A stretch of DNA of 64,000 nucleotides from Eubacteriales bacterium. Its GTDB lineage: Bacteria > Bacillota > Clostridia > Oscillospirales > CAG-272. Below are positions 17,480 to 27,379 of the stretch, piece by piece. The notes below the pieces were generated by a model. It did not search any database and was not told the DNA's origin. It saw only the letters and a program-made list of their open reading frames with translations. The DNA lies in contig JAZRTS010000031.1 of the NCBI GenBank assembly GCA_045652135.1, positions 3,246 through 67,245 on the forward strand, written 5' to 3'. Numbering within the stretch: the first letter of the stretch is position 1; every line of letters starts with the position of its first letter. The position numbers and the translations under genes were made by a program.

Positions 17480-20400
17480 TCAGAGCAAGGGATTTTTCGA
17501 GCAAGTGAACGGTGTTTGCGTTTTAACCGTTTCACTGTCACGGACAGGATATTTTTCAAGATACCTCTTGAGTCCTTTACCGTACTCGTTGTCCTGCATC
17601 AATCTGGAATACACATAGTCCTTCGCTCTCGCCTTCAATCCTATGGAAGCCAGATACTGAACCTCAGCCCAGACTGCCATACCCTCTATCGCTTCGGGAT
17701 CGGAGACGTTTCCGAACAAGTCGGGAAGGTTTGCGTATTGCCATATGTGAGTCATTTCGTGAACCAAAGTTTTAGCCGTTTCAACAGCAGGCGCTCCGTT
17801 TTCAATGAAAATATCGTTAGATCCGCCGTATCTGTATGCAAAGCCCAACGTACGTCCGTCGAAACGTGCCGAGGGTGTAAACGTTTCTCCCAGCTCCTCA
17901 GCAATTTTCTGTGCATTACACGTTTTGATCGTGATCTTAGCCTTAAGCTTGATTCCAAAAATCTTTTCCATCTGCTTACGCGTTTTCTTGTAAAGCTTCT
18001 TGAAATCTTTGAGCTTCGTGATAGCCTCTTTGCTACATTCCGAGCAGCGTTCACGGCCGTCGTCAAGCAGGTCGTAGCTGCCCTCAAGAACGGCACCGCA
18101 GAAATCGCAGTAATGCGTACCGGCTTCAAAGTGGTAGTTATACCATTTCAGCTTCTTGTATTTTCCGCTTTCGCGCGCTTGCTTCAGATAGTTGTCGGCA
18201 AAGCCTCTGTCGGTGAGATATTTTTCCGTTTCTTCAAGATTAAGAACCGTCGGAACGGCTTCAAATCCGTATTTCAAGAAGAATGATTCCGAGTAAGGTA
18301 TCTTTTCTTCGGCGGCACCGACACCAATGTCGGTTATTGAAATAGCCTCCGAATCATCACCGCTGATACCGCTGTCGTCGGGTTCGGTTTCTCTCAGCAC
18401 GCCGTTGCTGTACTGCTTCGTGCTGTTTCGATGGAGCAATACGCTTTTCGATTCGCTGACTGCGCCTTCTTCGGTTTCACCGTCTTCACCCGCACCTGCT
18501 TCGCCTGCGGTCGGTTCCTCGATACCTGCTTCAGGTTCTTCGCCTTCAGCACCCTTCTTCTTTTTCTTCTTTCTCTTAAACAATCTCTTGATAAAGCCCC
18601 AGATTCCTTTCGGTTCTTCTACAATGGGGCCGCTTTCGGGTTCGGGAGTTTGTGTTATATCCCCTCCGTCATCCTGAAGCTCCTCTATAAGCTTTTCCTG
18701 ATGCCAATTAAGTGCGTCGCAGATAATTTCCATAAATCTCACGAAATATCTGTCTACGTTTATCAAAAGTCCGAGATCTATGAGGCTGTCTTCGATTATG
18801 TAAATACATTCATCATCGACACCGCTCAATTCAGGCATATATCCCTGTATCAGTTCAGGCTGCTCGCACTTTGTGCAGGCAACGATATAATGATACGTAT
18901 CAGGGAATGTGGTCACAAACAATTCGTTGAGAAGCGTAGCCACCGTTATGCGAACGTCGGGCGTACTGTTCGGCAAACTGATCTTAATACACTCTTTGCT
19001 TCTGTATTCACGGACATCAACATTGCTAAGCTCAACGCGCTTCGCATTTTTGATGTCGTTATACTCAGACATTTCCAGATAGCCTTTGGTATTGACGCGT
19101 ATATTCGCTTCAAGATGCTCTATAGTAATGTCGCCGTACGTGTATTTCGCTCCGATAATATTGCCGGATGCGCGGCATTCAAGCTCATACTGTCTCAACG
19201 TTCTGTAGTAATGACGTTTTGTGATGTGGTCTGCTGCTCGTCTGACCAGGACACCGTTATTGTTCGTCATGCTGATAACTTCGTAATATTTACCGTCCAA
19301 CGTTATAAACATTCCCGGCAGATATTTCTGATAAACATGACCGTACATTGCAGAATCAAGGAAATTATCCTTATTCTTTTCATCCTCGGCAAGATAATAT
19401 ACTATCTTGAGCTGTGATAAGAAATTATTTACGAATACTTTATTCTGAATAGCGTAAAAACGCTTTCTCTTGGCGTGCAACGTAACAGGATCGACTACCG
19501 TCTGGGCGGTCATCGTAATTGCCTGATCGATATTTACGGCAAAATGATCTCCGCTGTTTTCACTACTCTCTTTGTTTTCGGTACGGAAGAAATACTTCAC
19601 AATGAGATGGCGCAGACTTTTGTATACGTTATTCGTATCCTCTCCGAGGATATCCAACACGTCCTTGATCTCTTCTTCTTCAACGGGACCTTCTATCATA
19701 CGCATAATGAGCTTATACGCAACGTTTCCTGCGCTTCTCTGGTAGTCTGCAACTACGGTCGGAACGGCTTTGGGGTCCTGCTGGAATATTTCAAGATTAT
19801 CCAGCATATAATCTCTCAGCCAATACTGCTGAGAAACAACGTTCACAAAGCTCTGCGTTTTTCCGCGGGTAGAAAATTGACGCGCGGTTTCGAAGGCATT
19901 GTTGTATTCATCCTCAGCTACCACAAACGAATTTTCTTCTTTTGCAATCGACCACGGATCATCGGAAAATTGGAGATGCTCCGCAAGCTCATTTTGCGAC
20001 ACGTTAAGTCCCGCGGCGTTACACAGCGACGAATAATACTGAGAAGCGATCCATCGCATATCAATAACAGGGAACTTTCGTGAAGACGTCCAGGTAACCT
20101 TTGAAACCTTCTCTCTCAGCGCAACGAGTGCAAGCTCAGTTCCCACACCGAGATAACGCGAGCTGGACAGCCCCAATTTGTGGTGAAGGAGCCTTCCGTC
20201 CGCCTTCCAGAACAGAAGATTTCTCTTTGCAGTACCTACGGACGTTGCATTTACCTGAACGATACTTGTATTCAATACATGAGATAAGCTGTCAACAAGT
20301 CCATCGCAGTTACGGTCGTACACGATGTACTGCGGATTGTTTCCTCCTCTGCGGAGATAGGAAACAAGACAGCTCAATCCGATCTGAATCGTGCTCAAAA

Positions 20401-21667
20401 GCTGATTGGGTTCGATAATAAACACCATTGACGTTTCCGCCAAAAGAGAAGCCTTTTCGTTCAACATTTTCTGATTATAAATGTTTTTCGCATCAATAAC
20501 CATGACCTGTGTTGTTTCGTCAGCGTTCGTTATCGCATCAACATTCCAGATACGTTCAAATCCGTTTATGGATGAAATACCGTCGTAAAACCATTTTTTT
20601 ACGTTTTCGATATTCGATCCGTGACCGAGAACTACCAATATACGCTCGCTCTTCATCAGACTTCTGATTACGGGCAGGAAAACGTAATCCGTAGTATCGT
20701 TATAGAACTGTGTAAAAAATATTACACTCTTTCCGTCAAGAATATTTCGTGTCTGACGGATATATCCCTCATCCAGCACCTTATCCTTCGGTACAAAATC
20801 CTTATAATAAGTGTAGATAAGTGCGGCTTCACGGCACAAAGTTTCCTCGTACTCTTTTTTGTATTTTTCCAAAAGAGCGCGGACAGACTCGTCAACGTGC
20901 TCAGTTGCCTTCAAGGAAGACTTCTGAAGCAAACGGCTCGGAAACAGAGTGTCGTACTTTTCGGGAAGCATATCATAATCGGGCTCATCTGCAGGCCCGG
21001 GGGCTGGTTTGCCCTTTTCTGCCTCAGCAAGCTTTTCTTCCATAGTTTTTCCCGAAAGAAACGCAACTATCTCACCCAGCACGATAATTCCGAACGCGGG
21101 ATAAAACGGCGCACTGAAAACCTTATGTGAGGTCATATAGTATGTTGTTATCAGCAGAAAAGCGAACAGCCCCAGCATAGCGTAATACATTACCTCTATG
21201 ATTTTCTTGGTATCGCCGTATTTGCTCATCAGATAACGCGTTTCGGTATTACCTTTTTTCTTATCTTCCTCAGTAACGTAGTAGAACCACTTGCTGGTGT
21301 GATCCGCCAATTTCGGGATCATAAACAGTCCCATAAACGCAGGGAACAGAATTCCTTTGACGAACATAAAACCGACGACCAGTATGGTATTTACGATAAA
21401 TACGGCAATATAAGCCCAGTTTATGTCTCTGAGGAATGACAAAAATCTGAACCGATCTATAAACCAGTAAATAAATCCGAGAACGGTATTGCTTATTTCA
21501 GTCAGGAAATATACCGCAACTATGCAGTATATCAAGGCAATAAACGGCAAAAATACCTGTTTATAACGCTGTTCCTGTTTAAAATTCATTTTCGTTGAGA
21601 TAAGACACGTAGCAACGAACGGAACGCAGTATAAAATCAGCTTGACAAAAGTAATAATATCACCCAT
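17480..21667 (-). CDS. 1395-aa polytopic membrane protein: six N-terminal TM helices, a large cytoplasmic region, an acidic/poly-Lys linker, and a C-terminal zinc ribbon plus HExxH...E (gluzincin-like) metallopeptidase domain.
   Basis: Six hydrophobic helices fall in residues 1-205. Linker reads KRKKKKKKGAEGEEPEAGIEEP. Zinc ribbon is CDFC..(14)..CSEC. HEMTH is encoded at 17747-17761, with EAIEG 22 residues downstream. RBS GGAAGGAG. Confidence 0.8.
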   Translation of the reverse strand: MGDIITFVKLILYCVPFVATCLISTKMNFKQEQRYKQVFLPFIALIYCIVAVYFLTEISNTVLGFIYWFIDRFRFLSFLRDINWAYIAVFIVNTILVVGFMFVKGILFPAFMGLFMIPKLADHTSKWFYYVTEEDKKKGNTETRYLMSKYGDTKKIIEVMYYAMLGLFAFLLITTYYMTSHKVFSAPFYPAFGIIVLGEIVAFLSGKTMEEKLAEAEKGKPAPGPADEPDYDMLPEKYDTLFPSRLLQKSSLKATEHVDESVRALLEKYKKEYEETLCREAALIYTYYKDFVPKDKVLDEGYIRQTRNILDGKSVIFFTQFYNDTTDYVFLPVIRSLMKSERILVVLGHGSNIENVKKWFYDGISSINGFERIWNVDAITNADETTQVMVIDAKNIYNQKMLNEKASLLAETSMVFIIEPNQLLSTIQIGLSCLVSYLRRGGNNPQYIVYDRNCDGLVDSLSHVLNTSIVQVNATSVGTAKRNLLFWKADGRLLHHKLGLSSSRYLGVGTELALVALREKVSKVTWTSSRKFPVIDMRWIASQYYSSLCNAAGLNVSQNELAEHLQFSDDPWSIAKEENSFVVAEDEYNNAFETARQFSTRGKTQSFVNVVSQQYWLRDYMLDNLEIFQQDPKAVPTVVADYQRSAGNVAYKLIMRMIEGPVEEEEIKDVLDILGEDTNNVYKSLRHLIVKYFFRTENKESSENSGDHFAVNIDQAITMTAQTVVDPVTLHAKRKRFYAIQNKVFVNNFLSQLKIVYYLAEDEKNKDNFLDSAMYGHVYQKYLPGMFITLDGKYYEVISMTNNNGVLVRRAADHITKRHYYRTLRQYELECRASGNIIGAKYTYGDITIEHLEANIRVNTKGYLEMSEYNDIKNAKRVELSNVDVREYRSKECIKISLPNSTPDVRITVATLLNELFVTTFPDTYHYIVACTKCEQPELIQGYMPELSGVDDECIYIIEDSLIDLGLLINVDRYFVRFMEIICDALNWHQEKLIEELQDDGGDITQTPEPESGPIVEEPKGIWGFIKRLFKRKKKKKKGAEGEEPEAGIEEPTAGEAGAGEDGETEEGAVSESKSVLLHRNSTKQYSNGVLRETEPDDSGISGDDSEAISITDIGVGAAEEKIPYSESFFLKYGFEAVPTVLNLEETEKYLTDRGFADNYLKQARESGKYKKLKWYNYHFEAGTHYCDFCGAVLEGSYDLLDDGRERCSECSKEAITKLKDFKKLYKKTRKQMEKIFGIKLKAKITIKTCNAQKIAEELGETFTPSARFDGRTLGFAYRYGGSNDIFIENGAPAVETAKTLVHEMTHIWQYANLPDLFGNVSDPEAIEGMAVWAEVQYLASIGLKARAKDYVYSRLMQDNEYGKGLKRYLEKYPVRDSETVKTQTPFTCSKNPLL

Positions 21668-21673
21668 TTAATC

Positions 21674-23671
21674 TTATACTCCTTCCGTTATTTTTTCAGC
21701 TTCTTCAGCTTCGTTCAAGCCGTCGTACGTTTCTTCAACACGGTAGTATTCCTCGGATTCATATATAGTTTCCTCGGAAATATGCAGCGTTTCCACGAAC
21801 GAAAACGGGGGAACCAATTTATTCGGCACCGTATTGAGCGGAATAAGCAAGCTGTCCGTATCATCGTGAAGATATATCTTATCACCGTAAATATAAACGC
21901 TTCCGCACGACGTATCTTCACATTCATCCTCGTTTATCGTAACGGAACAAATTCCTGCGGCTGATTTGCACTGTTCAAGCGCTTCTTCGTATCTTGCGCG
22001 GACCTTCGTCAGTTCTTCCAGGTGTTGGAGATGACGCTGCTCTATTTTTCCCGACTTTATCATCTGGTATTTTTCCATATAATTCAAAAGAAGGGTAAGA
22101 TATTGGCTTTGCACCTGAGCATTATCTCTTATCTCCTGGAGAGTTTCGTTGACGACCTTTGAATATTCGTTAAGCTTTTTATCGAATTTGAACCTGAGGT
22201 ATCTCAACGCAATATAACTTGCGACCGTTACGACGATACACGAAAATCCCGTTATCAAAAGTGATACAAGAAGTGACGTAGTGTTGAATTTTGCCGAGGA
22301 CATAACGAACGGAACGAATCCGAGCAAGCAAACGATAACTCCCATCGCCATCAGCTTAAGATACGTCTTTGTCAAAACTCGTCCGGGCAAGGTCTTTTCA
22401 ATAGGCTTCGTAACCTTTTTCTTGCGGCACTCAAAAGCGGCGCGTGATACTGCCTTATCGGTTTTAAGGCCAAGCATCTCTATTTCGCTTTTATCCAGAT
22501 CGTCGATGATGTCTTCAACGTCGTACCTCGTCAGATACTGATTTTGAAGCAAGGGGAGATCTATCTCCATAGTCCGCTTCATAGCATCGACTGCTTCGTT
22601 TTTTCCGCGTGTGATCGCCTTGAATAATCTGTGCGTTTCCACTTCGGCTTCGTTTTTATGCTTGTTCCACACATCGGTGTCAAGCTTGGGCTTGTCTTTG
22701 GTTATTCCAAATTCCTTATCTTCGACGAAAAATTTCGAAAAATCGGTATCGGGGAAATTGACGTATACGGGGGCGCAAATAACGGGATGACTGCAAGATG
22801 TGTCTTCCTTTGCGGCCTTGATGGCTTCAATTTCCTTCTCGATCTCCTGATTCGAAATGTCGCGCGCTCGGCGCAGCTCTGCAAAAAATTTATTGACAAA
22901 TGCGGAAAAATCCTCACGCGAAACGTCTATTTTAAGCTGATACAGCTTATACGGTCCCAATTCGGAACTGCTGTATCTGTTAAGGACCAACGTCATCGTT
23001 GCCAACCACAGCAAAAACCACGCATCCTCATATTTGACGTTCAAGGTATCCGGCATATCAAACACGAGAAATCTGCAGTTCGGAGGGTATTCGTATCTGT
23101 CCCAGAACTCGGAATATTGCAGCACCAGCTCATCGGTGTCCGTTAAGAGCGCCGACGTGTGTGATTTTTCACGTCTTTTATCCTCAATTTCGTTTCGGAG
23201 AAAGACCTGCTGCATTTCGAGATTTTCAAATATTCTCGGTGTCAATATACATATTTGCGTCGGACGTATGGCGCGGAACGCATAATTGTTTATGTAATCT
23301 ATGTTTTCAACACCGCGTCCGCCCAGAAAATATATCAGCTGCATTAAAGGGTCTTCGGCTACGTTATACTCTTTCGTATGACGCGCGCGTTCGTAAGGGT
23401 TTATCGAACACTGTGTCAATTTTTCAAAATCCTGCTTGATATAATCGCCCGAACAAAACGGTTCGTCAACAATGTACGCGTTCCATTCAGTTGCATTTTT
23501 AACTATATCAAACAATTGCGGTACCAATTCGTCAATATCAGCTTTATCAGACGTAAACTTATTCCAGATGCATACCGACACGTCGCTATGATCTTCAAAC
23601 CAGTTGAAAAAATACGCATACTTCTGATATTTTTCGTATATTTCAGAATTGATAATTAAAACTGATTGCAT
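21674..23671 (-). CDS. ~665-aa membrane protein (about 430 aa cytoplasmic N-domain, a TM hairpin, a coiled-coil C-domain). No family recognised.
   Basis: Two TM helices (LKLMAMGVIVCLLGFVPFVM, LLVSLLITGFSCIVVTVASYIAL). It lies 6 nt upstream of the next gene. The start is ambiguous between the ATG at 23671 and the GTG at 23680. Confidence 0.7.
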   Translation of the reverse strand: MQSVLIINSEIYEKYQKYAYFFNWFEDHSDVSVCIWNKFTSDKADIDELVPQLFDIVKNATEWNAYIVDEPFCSGDYIKQDFEKLTQCSINPYERARHTKEYNVAEDPLMQLIYFLGGRGVENIDYINNYAFRAIRPTQICILTPRIFENLEMQQVFLRNEIEDKRREKSHTSALLTDTDELVLQYSEFWDRYEYPPNCRFLVFDMPDTLNVKYEDAWFLLWLATMTLVLNRYSSSELGPYKLYQLKIDVSREDFSAFVNKFFAELRRARDISNQEIEKEIEAIKAAKEDTSCSHPVICAPVYVNFPDTDFSKFFVEDKEFGITKDKPKLDTDVWNKHKNEAEVETHRLFKAITRGKNEAVDAMKRTMEIDLPLLQNQYLTRYDVEDIIDDLDKSEIEMLGLKTDKAVSRAAFECRKKKVTKPIEKTLPGRVLTKTYLKLMAMGVIVCLLGFVPFVMSSAKFNTTSLLVSLLITGFSCIVVTVASYIALRYLRFKFDKKLNEYSKVVNETLQEIRDNAQVQSQYLTLLLNYMEKYQMIKSGKIEQRHLQHLEELTKVRARYEEALEQCKSAAGICSVTINEDECEDTSCGSVYIYGDKIYLHDDTDSLLIPLNTVPNKLVPPFSFVETLHISEETIYESEEYYRVEETYDGLNEAEEAEKITEGV

Positions 23672-23707
23672 ATTACCCACACCGCCTTTCCAATATAGAT
23701 AATTTCC

Positions 23708-23736
23708 GATAACCCCGACAGTCCGTCGGGGTTATC
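23708..23736 (-). other. Perfect 12-bp intercistronic stem-loop between the tubulin-like gene and the next gene.
   Basis: gataaccccgac-agtcc-gtcggggttatc. There is no T-run on the minus strand, so it is not a canonical terminator. Confidence 0.6.
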
Positions 23737-23763
23737 ATTTTTATGCATTTTAGCTGTTACGTA

Positions 23764-26700
23764 TTAACCGACCGTGGTGCTATCGGATACTGCGAAGCCT
23801 TTTTCAATCGCTTCAAGACATTTTTCGACACAATCGTCTGATGCGCAGTTAAGCTCACATTCTCTGATCTTAGCCTTAAGAACCTCTTTGATTCTCTTTA
23901 CAAGCGGATCTTTAAGGGGATTGGGCATGATCTTTCCGTAGTTGTTTTTGAGGTTATCACACAAAAGCTCCGTCTGGCTTTGCATCCATTGTACGAAATA
24001 GCGCGTGCGGTCAAGCGGATCGCAATAGAATTCCATAAGATATTCTTCAACGAATTCGATCATATGGCGAAGCATAACTATAGCCTCGTTATCACCGTTT
24101 ATACAACTTCCGGACGTTGCCTTGTAAAGAACGGGGATTTCCATAAAGCTGAGCTTATGCGAGTACGGGCCGAGCTGGATATTTTCCATCTCTTTGAAGA
24201 GCATCGTCTGAGTATAGTCGTACATACCCGTTGAAGACATCGATTTTTCCTTTGCAACCTGTTCTTTGTAGTATTCGAGCAGATTGAGGACCAAAGGACG
24301 GCTCATACGCATAGCCTCGTAAATTTCGCTGAACTTATTGCATCTGCCGTCGCCGACGATGATACTGTCGCTGATGAAGTCACCGTCGTTTCCGATAAAG
24401 CGGTACTGATCTCTGTCATATTTGATCCTGTCGCATACGATACTGATGAACAGTGCGCGGTGCGCTTCGGTCAAACACTTTTCTTCTGTTTTTTCTGCAA
24501 GATGCGGCATTACACCGAGGTAGTGCCATCTCTTATCAAGGTGGGGAGTAAGTATCTTCGTGCGCTTGTCATCGGGAATAACACCGTTGATGCGCTTCCA
24601 GTACGATCTGTAATACGAGCCGTTGTCGCGCGGATCGACCTCACTGTCATCCTCGGGCGCAAATTTGGGAAGATCGCTGATGCGGATATTGTAAAGCGCC
24701 TTCATAAAGAGCATCTGGTATTTATCCATAAGCTCGTCTTCTTCGTGGCCGGGGAATACTTTTCTGATGAGTGCGGCTTTCTGAACGTCGTTGGATTCAG
24801 ATATTTCCTTAGCCAATGAACATGCTTCGATGATATAAGGCTCAATACCGATGGGCCTGTCAATGAACGGCGAAGCAAGCTTCATCGCTTCTTCTTTTTT
24901 GCCCTTTATGTAGTAGAGCTGTTCGTCGGCATCAAACTTGTGTTCTTCGATTTCAGCCTGCGTACGCATTGCATCGATAACGTCCATATCAACTTCGGGT
25001 CCATACAGGTTTACAACCTCACGGCGCCAGAAGTCAAACATGCTGGTGGTTGCCAACTCGTTGATAACAGCCTTCTGCTTTTCCACGTTGTCTATGTCAA
25101 GTGTCTTATAAATTGACATGAACAATTCTTCACGGAATTCATCCGTTAAAACAATAGGATCAACAACATTAGGACAGCGCGCAAGCAAGCCCTTAAGACA
25201 CGTTTCGGAAGCGCATGTGTAGAGGACGGGATCACCGATGTCGTTTACAAACATTTCCTCAATTTTTCCGATACGTCTGGGAAGACGGTTTATCTCATCT
25301 TCAAGCTGTCTGTAAAGATCTTCATAATGGCCGCTTAACTTATCGATAAATTCCAACGCCTTTTCAATAACTCTGAGCTCTACATACGTTTCATAATACT
25401 TTTTGATATCATCTCTTTGAGCGCCGCACAACGCTCCGATATTTTCAAGTGCTGTTTCCCAAGTTGCTTTATCCTGCTTACCGGGATCAAAAAACGTCTT
25501 TACATCGAGTGATTTTGCATATTCTTCAAGAGTAACCGCTTCCGTTTCACCCTCTTTATTGACCTCTTTGCTGTAGTTTTTCGCCTCAAAGAAAGAACGA
25601 ATCTTTTCTTCAAGAGAAGTAAAGCTCTGACGCGTAGCATATTTGCCGTTTGCATCGGGAAGCAGTGAAGATATTGTACCTATCGACGTCAATCTTCTCT
25701 TTGACTCTTTAAGAATGCCTTCAAGATTATAAAGGAAATACCTGACTGCATTAGGATGGATCATAGATTGTTCATCAGTGAGCCAATACTCAATATGAGA
25801 ATCATTTTTTATATTAAAATTCGATGAAGAGAACAGACTGTCTGCCATAATGTCCGCTATAGCTTCAGCACGTTTCCTTGTTTTGGTAAAATATTTTTTA
25901 AGTGCAGCAGCAAGTGCCGTAAAGCTTGACTGGAACGTTGTATCACTGTGCTGTGATTTTGCAAGAGAAATGGCGTTCAGCTGAATGTTAATCTCACTAT
26001 AAGCACCTTCATCATAATTATCTTCGGCTACTCTGTCCGAAATATGTTTTATGATCTTCTTGTAATAGCTTACCCATTTGGCTTCAGCATATCCAATTCC
26101 GTCGGGATCCTGTATATGACACTGATTAAATATCGCTGTAGCAAAATGATTTTTCTCGCCATGGTCGCTGTCTACGAGCGTGCAGTAAAATTCTCTGGGG
26201 TCGCGTCGAGGCAGGAGCGTACCCTTCTGGCGACTGAGCTGGCGCTTCTTTTCTTCCGCTTCATAAGCCTTGTCGTATTTCAGCCAATCATCTGTGATAG
26301 CTTGTTGCATCCAGCTCATCGCGATATAATCTCTTACATGCTCAAACGGATATATGATCTTTGACGAACCAATACCGCAGTAGCGGTTTCTGCCGTTTTC
26401 TTCACAGCGCGCAAGGATCGTATTGTCCTCAGATGAATTGAGACGCTTGTTGAGCATACTTACAGAGGAAGCGTAAACGCAGTCTGCAACGTGCTTTTTA
26501 TACGCTTCAAAATTATCCAATCCGTCGCCGTCCATGTTGAGGCCGTCGTAAAGGAAGCAGAAATCCATAGGATTTACAGTGTAATTGTCATATTCGTCTA
26601 CCGTACCGGGCGTGGGCATTTTAAGCCAGTATTTATCGTACAAGCCTCCTTTGTTGGAGGAATCGGCTTTGAGCATAAACGCATCAAGCTCACGAAGTGC

Positions 26701-27342
26701 GGCGTACGCATTCGTACGGAGGTTGTTCTTTTCAACCTCTGTTTTACCTGAGGATCTGAAAAATACGTCAGGCAGCACGCAAATACCGCGGATAATGGGC
26801 TTTTTCTGACAGATATTTTCAAGATAATTTCTCAGATACATGGAAACGGGCAACAGTATACCCGAACCGGTACCGCCGACCAGGGTGGAGACAATAACGA
26901 CTCTCATCGACTGTTCAAGCGTGTCACCGTTGAGGTGCTGCAATTCGCTGATAGCATCGTGAAGGGGGGTAATTCTTCCTTCACGCAAGCAGGCATCAAA
27001 CGCAAGCTTTGATACTGCGCGCACCTGGCCTGCGCCCTCGGTCAAAGGCTTCTTGAGAAGCTGATAGCTTGTGGGGAAGGAATTTTCGCGTGCTTCTCTG
27101 TCGGAACGCAATGCCTGTCCGACAGTCATTCTCTGCGACGTCTGTACTGTGAAGATGTAAGGGGATTCTTCCTTGCGTACGCGAAGCTCATTGGCATCCG
27201 TGTCGAAATATACGAAACGAATATATTTTCTCTGCTCTTTGTTGGAAAGCTTGTCCACCCTGCTAATGATATCGCATCCCGTACCTCCGAGACCGATAAT
27301 CAGTGTAGGCGGCAATTTTGTTTTAACATTTTTTTCAGCCAT
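23764..27342 (-). CDS. 1192-aa FtsZ/tubulin-superfamily GTPase-domain protein (Tubulin_2 / FtsZ-like type) with a ~900-aa helical C-terminal extension.
   Basis: The N-terminal 200 aa align by eye to the FtsZ GTPase domain: IIGLGGTG (T1), FDTDANEL (FtsZ NTDxQxL), TEGAGQVRAV (T3 GAG) and LVGGTGSGILLPV (T4 signature GGTGSG, encoded at 26860-26877). A possible T7-like NMDGDG sits at residues 269-274. No TM segment. RBS GGAGG. Confidence 0.8.
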   Translation of the reverse strand: MAEKNVKTKLPPTLIIGLGGTGCDIISRVDKLSNKEQRKYIRFVYFDTDANELRVRKEESPYIFTVQTSQRMTVGQALRSDREARENSFPTSYQLLKKPLTEGAGQVRAVSKLAFDACLREGRITPLHDAISELQHLNGDTLEQSMRVVIVSTLVGGTGSGILLPVSMYLRNYLENICQKKPIIRGICVLPDVFFRSSGKTEVEKNNLRTNAYAALRELDAFMLKADSSNKGGLYDKYWLKMPTPGTVDEYDNYTVNPMDFCFLYDGLNMDGDGLDNFEAYKKHVADCVYASSVSMLNKRLNSSEDNTILARCEENGRNRYCGIGSSKIIYPFEHVRDYIAMSWMQQAITDDWLKYDKAYEAEEKKRQLSRQKGTLLPRRDPREFYCTLVDSDHGEKNHFATAIFNQCHIQDPDGIGYAEAKWVSYYKKIIKHISDRVAEDNYDEGAYSEINIQLNAISLAKSQHSDTTFQSSFTALAAALKKYFTKTRKRAEAIADIMADSLFSSSNFNIKNDSHIEYWLTDEQSMIHPNAVRYFLYNLEGILKESKRRLTSIGTISSLLPDANGKYATRQSFTSLEEKIRSFFEAKNYSKEVNKEGETEAVTLEEYAKSLDVKTFFDPGKQDKATWETALENIGALCGAQRDDIKKYYETYVELRVIEKALEFIDKLSGHYEDLYRQLEDEINRLPRRIGKIEEMFVNDIGDPVLYTCASETCLKGLLARCPNVVDPIVLTDEFREELFMSIYKTLDIDNVEKQKAVINELATTSMFDFWRREVVNLYGPEVDMDVIDAMRTQAEIEEHKFDADEQLYYIKGKKEEAMKLASPFIDRPIGIEPYIIEACSLAKEISESNDVQKAALIRKVFPGHEEDELMDKYQMLFMKALYNIRISDLPKFAPEDDSEVDPRDNGSYYRSYWKRINGVIPDDKRTKILTPHLDKRWHYLGVMPHLAEKTEEKCLTEAHRALFISIVCDRIKYDRDQYRFIGNDGDFISDSIIVGDGRCNKFSEIYEAMRMSRPLVLNLLEYYKEQVAKEKSMSSTGMYDYTQTMLFKEMENIQLGPYSHKLSFMEIPVLYKATSGSCINGDNEAIVMLRHMIEFVEEYLMEFYCDPLDRTRYFVQWMQSQTELLCDNLKNNYGKIMPNPLKDPLVKRIKEVLKAKIRECELNCASDDCVEKCLEAIEKGFAVSDSTTVG

Positions 27343-27379
27343 GGTTAAATCCTCCGAAATATATTTTAATTACGCAATT

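Noticed and set aside
17408-20083. Series of long plus-strand ORFs (17408-18286, 18431-19417, 19475-20083).
   Set aside because: All lie antisense to the 1395-aa gene. Their products are Phe/Arg/Leu-rich shadow-frame sequences without RBSs. The minus frame is continuous for 4.2 kb with TM, zinc-ribbon and HExxH features.
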